From NCBI GenBank assembly GCA_040220235.1, contig JAVJTO010000044.1: a stretch of DNA of 64,000 nt. One strand, given 5' to 3'. Positions 19,426 to 30,530 of the stretch are shown piece after piece (positions within the stretch are counted from its first letter, which is position 1; every line of letters begins with the position of its first letter). The translations under genes and the position numbers were made by a program. The DNA is from Coleofasciculus sp. B1-GNL1-01. Its GTDB lineage: Bacteria; Cyanobacteriota; Cyanobacteriia; Cyanobacteriales; Coleofasciculaceae. Below the pieces are notes generated by a model. It was not told the origin of the DNA, ran no database searches, and saw only the letters and a program-made list of their open reading frames with translations.

Positions 19426-22400
19426 ACTTACACTAGAAGGATTTACCAGCTTCCGTACTCGTCAAACTCTCGACTTTTCTACCCTTGATTTATTTTCAAT
19501 TACAGGATTAACTGGAGCTGGGAAGTCATCATTACTGGATGCCATTACTTATGCGTTGTACGGAAAAGTTGCTCGAAAATCCAATATCGGTGAACTGGTG
19601 AGTCAAGGAGCCAGTGAGTTAAAAGTAGAGTTTCAGTTTTTTGTCAAACAAACCGAATATAAAGTAACCAGAACGTGGCGGTATCGTCCCAGTACTCCCC
19701 TTACAAAACTTCTGTTGGATAAAGGGCAAAATGGGACATGGGAACGCTGCGATCTGAAGATAGAAGACATTTTAAGTATGGACTTCGACACCTTCACTCG
19801 CGTTATTGTTCTGCCACAAGGACAGTTTGACGAGTTTCTCAAAGGAAACGCCACCAAGCGTCGAGAACTTCTGCGTCAGTTAGCTGGATTTGAGATATTC
19901 GAGCGGATGCGAAAAGAAGCGAGTGATCGTGTTAAAGGCTTTAAAACTGAAAGCGAAACAAGAGAACGATTATTAGCTGAAATTAAAGCGCCAACAGAAG
20001 CTGAGATCCAGGAAAAGCAAGCGCAACTGAAAGCTTTAGAAGCAGAAATTCCTGGATTAGCTGAAACAGCTACCACTGCCCAAAGATTACTCGATGATCA
20101 GGAAAGATTGTATGAGCAAATTAAGCGTAAAACTGAATTGCAAGAGGATTTAGCGAAGCTAAAGGAGCAAGCGCCTAAAATTGCGTCGTTGCAGCAAAAA
20201 TTAAATGAAGCTCAAGCGGCTAATACTCTTCAGGCGGATTGGAGATTACTACAAGAGGCTAAAACTCAAGCTGTAAAAGCAGAAAATGCTGTCAAAGCCG
20301 CTGCTGAAAAACTGACTCAAACTCAAGCCGATTTAGAATCTCAGCGTCAAAAATACGAGCGTTTCCAAACTCAGCAAGCAGAAAGAAGAGAACAGCTAGA
20401 AGTTCGCAAACGTAACTTAACGACGGCTAAAGCTTACGAGGAACAACGTCAACAGTATGAGCAGGAGGTGACACAGGTATCAAAAATTTCTAAGTCAAAA
20501 GAGCAAAAATGTTCGGAAGCGGAGAAAGAATTACAATCGGCTCAGAAAAAAGAAAAAGCGGCTCAAACACAGCTTGTTGCGGCTAAAGAAACATTAGCCA
20601 AGTCATCTCCAGGAGGCTCTCGCCTAGAGATACTTAACCAAGTTATCTCCTCGTTAACTCAATGGGAAGCCATCAATAAAACCACCCAAGCAGTCTGTAA
20701 GAAATGGGACAAAGCTGCTAAAGAGCGGCAAAAAGCTGAAAGTGATTTGAAAAAGGCTACCTCGCAGCACCAACAAGCTGAGGCTAATTTTCAAGCAGCT
20801 AAAGCCTTACTCAAAGAAGCTGAAAAAGCCAATGTGATCGCAACTCGACACAATCATTCTGCTGCCCTGCGTGCTTCACTTCAACCCGGAGATATTTGTT
20901 CTGTCTGTGGTGGTGTTTACCCCGAAGCTGATCAACTTCCCCCACTGTCAGAATCGGCTGAAGTCGATATTACCCCATTGCAAGAATCAGCGACAGCAGC
21001 AGAACAGGTATACCATCAAGCCTCTACTGCACTGGCAAAGGAACAAACGAAGTTAGAAGCACTCCAGCAGCAAGAGTTGGAGTATCGCCAGGATTGGGAA
21101 AGCCATCAGGCTGAATTAACTCAATGTCACAGTGAAATTAGTGCTGTTTTAGATACCGAAAACTGGGAAATTTCCGCCCTCAAGCAGGAACATCAAACGC
21201 TGATTGATAGTAACACTCAACATCAAGAGGCATTAGCAGTAAAAGACAAGGCAGAGAATGAACTGGAAAAGTGGGAACAGAGGTTACAGTTTGCCCAGAA
21301 AACTTATGTCACACGATTAGAGGAGGTACAAGCTACTAGCCAAGAGGTTGAGCAGCGTCAGCGTAACCTTGAGGAAGTACAAGCCAAGCTAGATCAGTTG
21401 ACGAATGGTAAATCTTACGAAACTCTACGCCAAACCCTAGATCGAGAGAAGAAAGATCTGGAACGCCAACAAAAAACTGTTGAGGAGGCTTATCACGCCG
21501 CGCAAAGACGTGCGATTCAAGCTGAAGAGACAGACAAACAAGCCAAAGAGGTAGCTGAATCTACCCGTGCTGAAAGAGAACAGCGTGAGGCTCAATGGAT
21601 TAAGACATTACAATCCGTCAACTTTTCTGAGGAGAGCTTCCAAGATGCTCAAGTAACTCCGGAACAACAGGAAAAATGGCAGACTGCGATCGCGGATTAC
21701 GAACGCCAAAACGTTCAGTTATCTACCCTTCTCCAAGAGATATGCCGCTCCACTGGAGAAAGGACAACCGACGAGGAATTAGTAGAGCAACACCGCCAAG
21801 CCAAACGTTCTGCCGATGATCAGGTTAAACAGGCATCTGCAAAACAGGCAAAACTATCAGCAGAAATGAAGGTTGCTCTAGACAGGCAAAAGCAAGCCAA
21901 AAAACTCTTAGAGGAGCAATCCCAGTTTGCCGAACAGGAACAGATTTATTACACCCTATCACGCAATCTCAAGTCAGATGAATTTCAAGATTACATCTTA
22001 GAGAATCTACAAGCCGAGTTAGTTACTTGTGCCACAGAGCGACTTAAAGAGTTAACCGATTCTCGCTATGCCTTGAGAATTCAAGATGGAGAATACTGGG
22101 TTGAGGATAATTGGAACGGAGGGGAAATCCGGCGGGTGCGAACGCTTTCTGGTGGTGAAACCTTTGCCACGTCTCTATCAATGGCGCTAGCACTATCGGA
22201 AAAACTGTCAATGGGCGTCGAGTTAGGCAGTCTGTTTTTAGACGAAGGATTCGGAACGTTGGATACAGACACCCTAGAAAGCGTTACCCAGATTTTGCGA
22301 TCGCTGGGGCAGCAAGATCGACTGATTGGGGTAATTACCCACATTCGAGCCTTAGCAGAGCAATTACCAACCCAGGTTAAGGTTCACAAATCCCCAGAGG

Positions 22401-22429
22401 GTTCACGGCTGGTAGTCGAAGCATTGTAA
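19412..22429 (+). CDS. sbcC: SbcC/Rad50 SMC-type ATPase
   Basis: Walker A GLTGAGKSS, LPQGQF, coiled coils with a CSVC zinc hook, LSGGE signature, FLDEGFGTLD and ITH. Confidence 0.93.
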   Translation: MRPIKLTLEGFTSFRTRQTLDFSTLDLFSITGLTGAGKSSLLDAITYALYGKVARKSNIGELVSQGASELKVEFQFFVKQTEYKVTRTWRYRPSTPLTKLLLDKGQNGTWERCDLKIEDILSMDFDTFTRVIVLPQGQFDEFLKGNATKRRELLRQLAGFEIFERMRKEASDRVKGFKTESETRERLLAEIKAPTEAEIQEKQAQLKALEAEIPGLAETATTAQRLLDDQERLYEQIKRKTELQEDLAKLKEQAPKIASLQQKLNEAQAANTLQADWRLLQEAKTQAVKAENAVKAAAEKLTQTQADLESQRQKYERFQTQQAERREQLEVRKRNLTTAKAYEEQRQQYEQEVTQVSKISKSKEQKCSEAEKELQSAQKKEKAAQTQLVAAKETLAKSSPGGSRLEILNQVISSLTQWEAINKTTQAVCKKWDKAAKERQKAESDLKKATSQHQQAEANFQAAKALLKEAEKANVIATRHNHSAALRASLQPGDICSVCGGVYPEADQLPPLSESAEVDITPLQESATAAEQVYHQASTALAKEQTKLEALQQQELEYRQDWESHQAELTQCHSEISAVLDTENWEISALKQEHQTLIDSNTQHQEALAVKDKAENELEKWEQRLQFAQKTYVTRLEEVQATSQEVEQRQRNLEEVQAKLDQLTNGKSYETLRQTLDREKKDLERQQKTVEEAYHAAQRRAIQAEETDKQAKEVAESTRAEREQREAQWIKTLQSVNFSEESFQDAQVTPEQQEKWQTAIADYERQNVQLSTLLQEICRSTGERTTDEELVEQHRQAKRSADDQVKQASAKQAKLSAEMKVALDRQKQAKKLLEEQSQFAEQEQIYYTLSRNLKSDEFQDYILENLQAELVTCATERLKELTDSRYALRIQDGEYWVEDNWNGGEIRRVRTLSGGETFATSLSMALALSEKLSMGVELGSLFLDEGFGTLDTDTLESVTQILRSLGQQDRLIGVITHIRALAEQLPTQVKVHKSPEGSRLVVEAL

Positions 22430-22431
22430 AG

Positions 22432-22674
22432 CTAGTACAAGAAGGCAGAAATCCGAAGGCTCCAGGGCAGAAGGCTATAAGGAACCTATGGTAAGCTGTT
22501 CGGCATTTAAACCTTAATGTCAAGAATGGCTCTCATCCTTGTAGTGCGTTAAGCGAAGCCATGCCGTAGGCTTTGCATCTTGCTCGCTGCTAATATCCAA
22601 TTTAAATGCATTACAGCTTAGCTGCTTTTAGGGAGCTTATTAACTGGTTAGTTATTTCTGCCACGATGCACTAG
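22432..22674. mobile_element. Nested MITE-like composite (outer 243 bp, inner 22492-22620, innermost about 26 bp)
   Basis: Outer ends CTAGTACAAGAAGGCAGAAAT / ATTTCTGCCACGATGCACTAG; the inner element is homologous to 43617-43719. Confidence 0.7.
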
Positions 22675-22765
22675 TTTTTTAAACACAATATAACACCTGT
22701 CATTGCCTTAGCTTGAAAGATAACTAAGACAGCGACAGGTGTTAAACTCAAATTCTTTGAACCGT

Positions 22766-23248
22766 TTAGAACAGACCCAAAGTAAACGATTTGTCAATGG
22801 GGAACGTCGCGCCAATACCCATCCACAGCGTAACCAGGGTACCAATCATAAAGACAGTGGTTGCTACTGGACGGCGGAAGGGGTTTTGGAACTTGTTGAC
22901 GTTTTCGATAAAGGGAACCAGGATTAGACCAAGTGGAATCGCTCCCGTTAACGCAATCCCCAAGAGTTTATTGGGAACAACACGCAGAATTTGGAATGAA
23001 GGATAGAGATACCATTCCGGTAGGATTTCTAGGGGAGTGGCAAACGGATCAGAGGGTTCGCCAACCATAGCTGGATCGAGGACAGCTAGAGCAACGCAGA
23101 GCGCGATTGTCCCCATAATCACGATTGGAAAGGTGTAAAGCAGGTCATTGGGCCAAGCGGGTTCACCGTAATAGTTGTGACCCATGCCTTGAGCCAGTTT
23201 TTCGCGTAATTTGGGATCGCTGAGATCCGGCTTTTTCAGAATTGACAT
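22766..23248 (-). CDS. petD: Cytochrome b6-f complex subunit IV
   Basis: [18 protein letters not shown] and PLEILPEWY. Confidence 0.98.
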   Translation of the reverse strand: MSILKKPDLSDPKLREKLAQGMGHNYYGEPAWPNDLLYTFPIVIMGTIALCVALAVLDPAMVGEPSDPFATPLEILPEWYLYPSFQILRVVPNKLLGIALTGAIPLGLILVPFIENVNKFQNPFRRPVATTVFMIGTLVTLWMGIGATFPIDKSFTLGLF

Positions 23249-23304
23249 GATTTTAAATGTCCTTAATCAACAAAGAGTAGCACGTCTTTGCCAGGAATCG
23301 CAGT

Positions 23305-23973
23305 TTAGAGGGGACCGGAGATACCCTGCTTACGAATCATGATAAAGTGCAGCAGCATGAAGACGGCAATGAGCCAAGGAAGAACAAAGGTGTGCAGGCT
23401 GTAGAAGCGAGTCAGGGTGGCTTGACCAACACTTTGACCGCCACGAATGAGTTCAACGATTAAGGAACCCACTACAGGAATCGCATCAGGAACACCGGAG
23501 ACGATTTTGACCGCCCAGTAGCCCACTTGATCCCAAGGTAGAGAGTACCCTGTCACGCCAAAGGAAACGGTAATGACTGCCAAGATTACGCCTGTTACCC
23601 AGGTTAATTCCCGTGGCTTTTTGAATCCGCCTGTCAGATAAACCCGGAAAACGTGCAAAATCATCATTAGCACCATCATACTGGCAGACCAGCGATGGAC
23701 GGAACGGATCAGCCAACCAAAGTTGACATCCGTCATGATGTACTGTACAGACGAAAATGCCTCTGTGACCGTTGGTCTGTAGTAAAAGGTCATGGCAAAT
23801 CCAGTAGCGAACTGGATAATAAAGCAAACCAGAGTAATTCCACCGAGACAGTAGAAGATATTAACGTGGGGAGGAACGTACTTTGATGTTACGTCTTCAG
23901 CTAATGCCTGAATTTCTAGACGCTCCTGAAACCAGTTAAAAGCTTTTGATTCAGTTACCTGCTTAGAAAACAT
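23305..23973 (-). CDS. petB: Cytochrome b6
   Basis: [30 protein letters not shown] and [10 protein letters not shown]. Confidence 0.98.
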   Translation of the reverse strand: MFSKQVTESKAFNWFQERLEIQALAEDVTSKYVPPHVNIFYCLGGITLVCFIIQFATGFAMTFYYRPTVTEAFSSVQYIMTDVNFGWLIRSVHRWSASMMVLMMILHVFRVYLTGGFKKPRELTWVTGVILAVITVSFGVTGYSLPWDQVGYWAVKIVSGVPDAIPVVGSLIVELIRGGQSVGQATLTRFYSLHTFVLPWLIAVFMLLHFIMIRKQGISGPL

Positions 23974-24350
23974 GAAGCCAGAATTTTTAGAAGGATATTG
24001 CTGTTTGTGTGTGAGCTAATCCTGGATAGGGTTAAGTCTATCAGGAAATGAGATAGCTCTGGGACTAGCGTTTAATACCGCTGGGGCGGAATCTAGATCA
24101 ACGTATCGGGAACACTGACCCGATTTGAAATTGCTCTATGAGAAATGTAACATAACTTGACAAGAGTAGTCCTTTGTCATTCGTCATTCGTCATTGGTCA
24201 TTCGTCCTTTGTTGAGGAAATCGCTTCCCCAGCTTCCCCAGCTTCCCCATCTCCCTCGGAAAACTGTACCCCTGGCACACTTATTTTCTCAGACTTTGCC
24301 AAACTAGATAAATGAGAGCATCAAAGCCTAGCGTTAATTTTTGTTGAGTT

Positions 24351-25589
24351 ATGCCAAAACGATCATTCTGGGTTGGACTGATAATCCTTTGCCAAATTGT
24401 CCTGCTATGGGTGGGGTGGACTCCCTCAGCTTCAGCATCGACTCAAGAACAACAACTCTTTTCCGAAGCGTGGCGGATTGTCTCGCAAGCGTATGTGGAT
24501 GACTCCTTTAACGAGCAAAACTGGTGGCTGGTGCGCCAGAAAACTCTGAAGAAGGATTTAAAGAACCGTGATGCCACGTATAAGGCAATTGAAAAGATGT
24601 TGGCAAGTCTGGATGATCCCTACACGCGACTGCTGAAACCGAGTCAATATCGCAGTCTTAAGGTGAATACATCTGGTGAACTGTCTGGTGTGGGGTTACA
24701 AATTGCCCTGGATGATGAAACTGGTCAATTAGCGGTTGTCGCGCCCATCGCTGGATCTCCCGCCGAGGAAGCCGGAATTCAACCGCGCGATCGCATTGTG
24801 GCAATTGATGGCGAAACCACAACCGCCTTAACCCTTGATGAAGCCGCCGCCCGGATGCGTGGACCCGTTGGCACAAGTGTTACCCTCTCGATTCAGAGTA
24901 AAGACGAAGAACCTAGAGTGATTGAACTCGTGCGCGATCGCATTGCCCTCAATCCAGTTTATGCCGCACTCGATTCTGAATCCAACAGCATCCCCATTGG
25001 CTACATTCGCTTAACCCAATTTAGTGCCAATGCGCCCACGGAAGTCGAAGCTGCCATTAACCAACTCGAACAAGAGGGAGCAAATGCTTACATTCTCGAT
25101 CTGCGGAATAATCCCGGCGGTTTATTGCAGGCGGGTTTAGAAATTGCGCGTCTTTGGCTGGATCGTGGCACTATTGTCTATACCGTTAATCGCAATGGCA
25201 TGATGGGCAGTTTTGATGCTTTTGGACAGGCAGTTACAAAAGCGCCATTAGTCGTATTAGTCAACCAGGGAAGTGCCAGCGCCAGTGAAATTTTAGCGGG
25301 CGCACTTCAAGACAATGGTAGAGCGGAACTTGTCGGGGAACGAACCTTTGGGAAAGGGTTAATTCAGTCCTTATTTGACTTATCCGATGGATCAGGTTTA
25401 GCCGTAACCGTTGCCAAATACGAGACGCCCAATCATCGAGATATCAACAAGTTAGGGATTACGCCGGATTGGGAAGTGTCTCTTGATCCGATTCCTGTGA
25501 CTCGTGCGGGTACAGCCTCAGATCGCCAATATCAAGCCGCCGTGGAGTTATTGAGGGGGGATTCTGTCTTAGCCGCTAAAGCCGCATAA
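24351..25589 (+). CDS. ctpA: C-terminal processing protease (S41A), D1-processing type
   Basis: PDZ GVGL, DLRNNPGG, SASASEI and TFGKG motifs; divergent from petB as in other cyanobacteria. Confidence 0.9.
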   Translation: MPKRSFWVGLIILCQIVLLWVGWTPSASASTQEQQLFSEAWRIVSQAYVDDSFNEQNWWLVRQKTLKKDLKNRDATYKAIEKMLASLDDPYTRLLKPSQYRSLKVNTSGELSGVGLQIALDDETGQLAVVAPIAGSPAEEAGIQPRDRIVAIDGETTTALTLDEAAARMRGPVGTSVTLSIQSKDEEPRVIELVRDRIALNPVYAALDSESNSIPIGYIRLTQFSANAPTEVEAAINQLEQEGANAYILDLRNNPGGLLQAGLEIARLWLDRGTIVYTVNRNGMMGSFDAFGQAVTKAPLVVLVNQGSASASEILAGALQDNGRAELVGERTFGKGLIQSLFDLSDGSGLAVTVAKYETPNHRDINKLGITPDWEVSLDPIPVTRAGTASDRQYQAAVELLRGDSVLAAKAA

Positions 25590-25642
25590 GTCAGAGATGA
25601 GGGAGATGAGGGAGATAAGGGAGATGGGAATGCAGCCAATTC

Positions 25643-25829
25643 TGTAGGGGCGGGTTTTACCCATAATGTTTTGGCATCAACCGATAACTGAACTAAACCC
25701 GCCCTTCTTGGGATTCAGGGGACGCAAAAGTTAAATTAGAACTGATCTGAACCGTCAAAATTTAGTCGGGGCGGGTTTAGTGACATCAGGGTGAGGGAAG
25801 AAACGGTAATAGTGAAACCCGCCCCTACA
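25643..25829. repeat. GTAG-type REP/REPIN-like inverted repeats
   Basis: Two hairpin units, TGTAGGGGCGGGTTT...AAACCCGCCC and GGGGCGGGTTT...AAACCCGCCCCTACA, between convergent genes. Confidence 0.65.
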
Positions 25830-25832
25830 CCA

Positions 25833-26564
25833 TCAAACTAGGTCAATTTGAGACAGGCGTTGATAAGCCTGATTGATCGCGCCTTTCCCCCGCAGCGCCC
25901 CGGTGTTTGCCCCAGGACAAATATAACTTAGAGTATCTGGGGTAAAGCGATCCAGGATACCCTGGAGGCTGCGAAGTTGTCGTTGCCAGTGAAATGTTTT
26001 TGACACTCGTAACGGGACAGGTTCTCCTTCTGAATTCGGTAGCACATGGCGTCCAGTAAACAATACGCCCCCTTCCTGGTTGTAGTAAAGGCACGCTGAA
26101 CCCGGAGAATGACCCGGTGTCCATAAGGCAGTACAGCGATCGCCAATTGCCAATTCTCGCTCAAAGGGAGTAACGTTGGCACTGGGTAGCAGGTAGGCTT
26201 CTTGTTCTTGAATCACCAGCTTACAGCCAAAGGCGTCCTGAATTTCCTGGGCTTTGCCAATACCGCCGCGATGGGTAATGAACAGACAAGAGACACCGCC
26301 GTGATCCCGCAAAAATTGGTGAGTGCCATCATGCCAAGCTGGACAATCAATCAACACTCCAGTCCCATTCTCTACAATGAAATAAGCTGTACCTCCTAAG
26401 GTGTCACGATTGGGTGGAAATGCGAAAATGTGATTAAGGACTAGGCGTGGGGATTTGAACACAGTAGCTTTTAGATTAGGCGACGATCTGGAACGAAAAC
26501 CACGATGATCCGTTTGATACAAATCGGGTTGCACAATACGGATTGGTCTGTAATCATTAGCCAC
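25833..26564 (-). CDS. MBL-fold metallo-hydrolase
   Basis: FPPNRDTLGGTAY, LFITH, WTPGHSPGS and LFTG motifs. The true start is probably downstream of 26564. Confidence 0.8.
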   Translation of the reverse strand: MANDYRPIRIVQPDLYQTDHRGFRSRSSPNLKATVFKSPRLVLNHIFAFPPNRDTLGGTAYFIVENGTGVLIDCPAWHDGTHQFLRDHGGVSCLFITHRGGIGKAQEIQDAFGCKLVIQEQEAYLLPSANVTPFERELAIGDRCTALWTPGHSPGSACLYYNQEGGVLFTGRHVLPNSEGEPVPLRVSKTFHWQRQLRSLQGILDRFTPDTLSYICPGANTGALRGKGAINQAYQRLSQIDLV

Positions 26565-26628
26565 TTGGACTAATCGGACTCATCGGGGTCAAGATTTTGC
26601 TTTTATTACGAATGGGTATCTGTACATC

Positions 26629-27933
26629 ATGGAACTCTGGTTACTCCTAATTTTACTTGTTTTCATTGCCTACTTTATTGGCAGGTACTCGGTTACCAGG
26701 ATGAACCGGATGCCGACACCCCCTGACAACTCAGCGACTGGATCAACCGTTTCCCAGGCGGCTGAAAAGTTAGGGCTGCGTCCAATAACTAAGCAGGAAG
26801 AAACGGAACTGCGAAATTGTTTTCCCTGGGGGGTTTACTATCTCCAAAATCTGGAGTATCGTCCCCAAGCGGTTTTATGTCGGGGTAAACTCCGTACCAA
26901 TCCGGATGCGGCTTACAAAACAGTGCGGAAAAATGTTGAGGCAGAATTTGGCGATCGCTTCTTTGTGATTTTTCAGGAAAGCTTCAGTGGAAAACCGTTC
27001 TTTGCCTTGGTTCCCAATCCCTACACCCAAGGTCGAGGGAAACGGTTGCATGATGAGTTAACCCGACCCGGTTTAGCATTAGCTTTGGTCGTCATTACCT
27101 TGTTTACCACAACCGTGGTGGGCGCGACTCAGATTGCTGGACTGTCTCCGGAACAAGTGCAATCCAACCCAGAGGCGCTACTCAGAGGATTGCCCTATGC
27201 CTTAGCCCTGATGGCAATTTTAGGGATTCACGAACTCGGTCATTACCTCGTCGCCCTGTATTATAAAATACGGACAACTCTGCCCTACTTTATCCCTATC
27301 CCCTTTTTCCTAGGCACATTTGGCGCATTTATCCAGATGCGATCGCCTGTACCTAATCGCAAAGCCTTATTTGACGTAGGCATTGCCGGTCCCGTGGCGG
27401 GGTTACTGGTTGCCCTTCCCCTTCTGTTCTGGGGGTTAGCCCATTCTAGTCCGGTTCCGTTGACAGAGGAATCGGGATTGGTGAATATCCAATCCTTAGA
27501 TCCGCGTTTTTCCCTATTGCTGTCAGTCCTCAGCAAATGGGCATTAGGTAGTCAATTCATGCCAGATATGGCAATCAACCTGCATCCAGTCGCTGTGGCT
27601 GGGTATATTGGGTTAGTCGTCACGGCGTTTAATTTAATGCCCGTCGGTCAACTGGATGGCGGTCATATTATCCACGCCATGTTTGGACAGAGAACCGGTG
27701 CCGCCATTGGTCAACTGAGTCGCTTATTGATGTTGGTTCTGGCGTTCTTACAACCCGATTTACTCCTGTGGGCGATTATTTTAATCTTGCTACCCGTCAT
27801 CGATGAACCCGCGTTGAACGATGTTTCAGAATTGGATAACTGGCGGGATTTTGCTGGATTGCTAGCGCTGACTGTTTTGGTGAGTATTCTCTTACCCGTT
27901 CCGGGAACCCTGTCGCAATGGTTGAATTTTTAG
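26629..27933 (+). CDS. Site-2 protease (peptidase M50)
   Basis: HELGH, AGP and NLMPVGQLDGGH motifs; multiple transmembrane helices. Confidence 0.92.
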   Translation: MELWLLLILLVFIAYFIGRYSVTRMNRMPTPPDNSATGSTVSQAAEKLGLRPITKQEETELRNCFPWGVYYLQNLEYRPQAVLCRGKLRTNPDAAYKTVRKNVEAEFGDRFFVIFQESFSGKPFFALVPNPYTQGRGKRLHDELTRPGLALALVVITLFTTTVVGATQIAGLSPEQVQSNPEALLRGLPYALALMAILGIHELGHYLVALYYKIRTTLPYFIPIPFFLGTFGAFIQMRSPVPNRKALFDVGIAGPVAGLLVALPLLFWGLAHSSPVPLTEESGLVNIQSLDPRFSLLLSVLSKWALGSQFMPDMAINLHPVAVAGYIGLVVTAFNLMPVGQLDGGHIIHAMFGQRTGAAIGQLSRLLMLVLAFLQPDLLLWAIILILLPVIDEPALNDVSELDNWRDFAGLLALTVLVSILLPVPGTLSQWLNF

Positions 27934-28195
27934 GCGTCGTCACTCCTGTAGTTTTCGATGTAGCATGAAAGAAACAACAAAATCTTATTTCTTCTACTCG
28001 CTAGAGCCTTCTCCAGGGACGCCTAATACAGAGTAGCTGCAAATCCTAACCTGCTAAAATATTTGTTGTCCCCTTGTCTCCCTTATCTCCCTTGTCCCGA
28101 AGAGTTGCGATCGCCCAATGGTTAAACTAGATTAAACCACTGTGGGTTATTCGCTTGTCGTTGTTACCGCCTTCGGTCAACCCAAGGATAAAAAA

Positions 28196-28834
28196 ATGTC
28201 TCAAACACAAACGTCTCAATTCCATCAACCTCCAACCAACAACACGCCCAAGGACTCAAATCAGTCTTCAGAGGCTTCAGATGCTCAAGAAAGACACCTA
28301 TTGCTGGTGGATGATGATAAAGGACGCCGAGTCTTTCAATTAGACGCGGAAGTCTATTCGATTGGTCGAGATCCGAGTTGCCCTATCCGCTTGTTCTCCA
28401 TGTTTGTCTCTCGTCAACACGCAACGTTACGACGGATGACACTCGATGACGGTTCATTCCGTTACCAAATTGTCGATGGGAATCTTCAGGGTCAACGTAG
28501 CACTAATAAAATCTCGATAAATGGTCGCCCAATCAGTACTTATGAACTCAAAGATGGCGATAAAGTCATGTTCGGCGGTAATGCAGGCGTGAAGGCGGAA
28601 TACTACCGACAGAAGGAAGATAACAAGAGTGGACCGCTCGACCCTTATGATGTTACTCTAATTGACCCCAGCACGTTAGACAACAATGAGGATGAGTTAA
28701 AACAAGGTAGCAGTATGGCAAGGGAAGAAGATAAAACTTCCGACCCTATATTAGCCAACGATGAGGATGAGTTAAAACCAGGTAAGAGTACGGCAAGGAA
28801 AAAAGATAAAAATCCTCACCCTAGGAATGTTTAG
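28196..28834 (+). CDS. FHA domain protein
   Basis: SIGRD, VSRQHA, DG...STN..ING and LKDGD motifs; the C-terminus has an internal ~26-aa duplication. Confidence 0.85.
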   Translation: MSQTQTSQFHQPPTNNTPKDSNQSSEASDAQERHLLLVDDDKGRRVFQLDAEVYSIGRDPSCPIRLFSMFVSRQHATLRRMTLDDGSFRYQIVDGNLQGQRSTNKISINGRPISTYELKDGDKVMFGGNAGVKAEYYRQKEDNKSGPLDPYDVTLIDPSTLDNNEDELKQGSSMAREEDKTSDPILANDEDELKPGKSTARKKDKNPHPRNV

Positions 28835-28961
28835 ACTAACCAAACCCGTAACTTTTATCGGTGCTAGTCAGTCGTAAAACGCTTACTCGATCAAATCCGT
28901 TTAGGGGTTTGTTGTTATTGGTCATTCGTCACTGGGGAGTAGAGGTGACAACAAAAAAATT

Positions 28962-30320
28962 ATGGAACAACAGACAATTCAGGTAATTGGTGGTGGATTA
29001 GCGGGTACAGAAGCCGCGTGGCAGATTGCCCAAGCAGGTGTGTCTGTGGTACTCCATGAGATGCGTCCGGTGCAAATGAGTCCTGCCCATCATACCGGAG
29101 AATTGGCGGAATTGGTCTGTAGTAATTCCTTTGGGGCGCTATCGAGCGATCGCGCGGCGGGGTTGTTGCATGAAGAGTTACGCCGTCTGGATTCTATTGT
29201 TATCGCTAAGGCGGATAACCATGCAGTTCCGGCTGGGGGGGCGTTGGCGGTGGATCGGGGGGTATTTAGCCACGATTTGACCGAAACCCTTGCGAGTCAT
29301 CCCTTGATTGAGTTACGGCGGGGGGAAGTGCCACAAATTCCCCCAGATGGGGTTGTGGTGCTGACAACAGGTCCGTTGACGAGTCCAGCTTTAGCAACAG
29401 ACTTGCAGCGCTTCACTGGAATGGACTATTTCAGTTTCTTTGATGCCGCGTCGCCGATTGTCGTTGGGGAGTCGATTAATCAAGATATTGCGTTTATGGC
29501 GTCCCGATATGACAAAGGAGAAGCCGCTTATCTGAATTGTCCCATGAATCGGGAGGAATATTTACGGTTTTGGCAGGAATTGTGTCAGGCAGAAAAAGCC
29601 GAATTAAAGGATTTTGAGCAAGAAACAGCAAAGTTCTTTGAAGGCTGTTTACCGATTGAAGAAATGGCGCGACGGGGGGAAGATACGATGCGCTATGGTC
29701 CCCTAAAGCCGGTGGGATTATTTGATAGCCGTCAGGGAGATTTTCGCGCCCCAGAAAATCAGAGTAAACGCCCTTATGCGGTGGTACAGTTACGCCAAGA
29801 AGATAAGGCGGGTCAGTTGTGGAACATGGTTGGGTTTCAGACAAACCTGCGTTGGGGTGAACAGAAGCGGGTGTTTCGGTTAATTCCAGGATTGGAAAAT
29901 GCCGAGTTTGTGCGGATGGGTGTGATGCACCGGAATACATTTATTAATTCGCCAGAGTTGCTGTATCCCACGCTACAGTTTAAAAATCGTTCGACCCTAT
30001 TCGCGGCGGGTCAATTAATGGGAACAGAAGGGTATACGGCTGCATCGGCTGGGGGGTGGTTAGCGGGGACAAATGCAGCGCGGTTGGTGTTGGGATTGGA
30101 ACCGATTACGCTACCGCCAACGACAATGATGGGGGCATTATTTGAGTTTATTAGTTCCGCCTCACCGAAACACTTTCAACCCATGCCACCCAATTTTGGT
30201 ATTTTACCACCGTTGGGAGTACGGATTAAAGGCAAAAAAGAACGGTATGGGGCGTATCGCGATCGCGCTTTAGCTGATTTGCAGAGTTGGCGACAGAAAT
30301 GCCAAGTCTCGGCGGCTTGA
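28962..30320 (+). CDS. trmFO: FAD/folate-dependent tRNA (uracil-54) methyltransferase
   Basis: [32 protein letters not shown] and GVMHRNTF motifs. Confidence 0.96.
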   Translation: MEQQTIQVIGGGLAGTEAAWQIAQAGVSVVLHEMRPVQMSPAHHTGELAELVCSNSFGALSSDRAAGLLHEELRRLDSIVIAKADNHAVPAGGALAVDRGVFSHDLTETLASHPLIELRRGEVPQIPPDGVVVLTTGPLTSPALATDLQRFTGMDYFSFFDAASPIVVGESINQDIAFMASRYDKGEAAYLNCPMNREEYLRFWQELCQAEKAELKDFEQETAKFFEGCLPIEEMARRGEDTMRYGPLKPVGLFDSRQGDFRAPENQSKRPYAVVQLRQEDKAGQLWNMVGFQTNLRWGEQKRVFRLIPGLENAEFVRMGVMHRNTFINSPELLYPTLQFKNRSTLFAAGQLMGTEGYTAASAGGWLAGTNAARLVLGLEPITLPPTTMMGALFEFISSASPKHFQPMPPNFGILPPLGVRIKGKKERYGAYRDRALADLQSWRQKCQVSAA

Positions 30321-30530
30321 TTTAGACCAAATTGGCTTCGAGGTATCCCTGACGATGCTGATTCAAGAAACTAGAATCGCTGCTTCTATTTCTGCTGAAT
30401 AAGTCTCAGCATAAGCCCAAAAAGTCACTCAGTCACGCTACGCCAAAGGCAAATAAATATTACATTCGTAGATATGACTTGACTCTTGAACTGTGGTGAT
30501 ACTCATCACTTGACTGAACTGATATTACCA

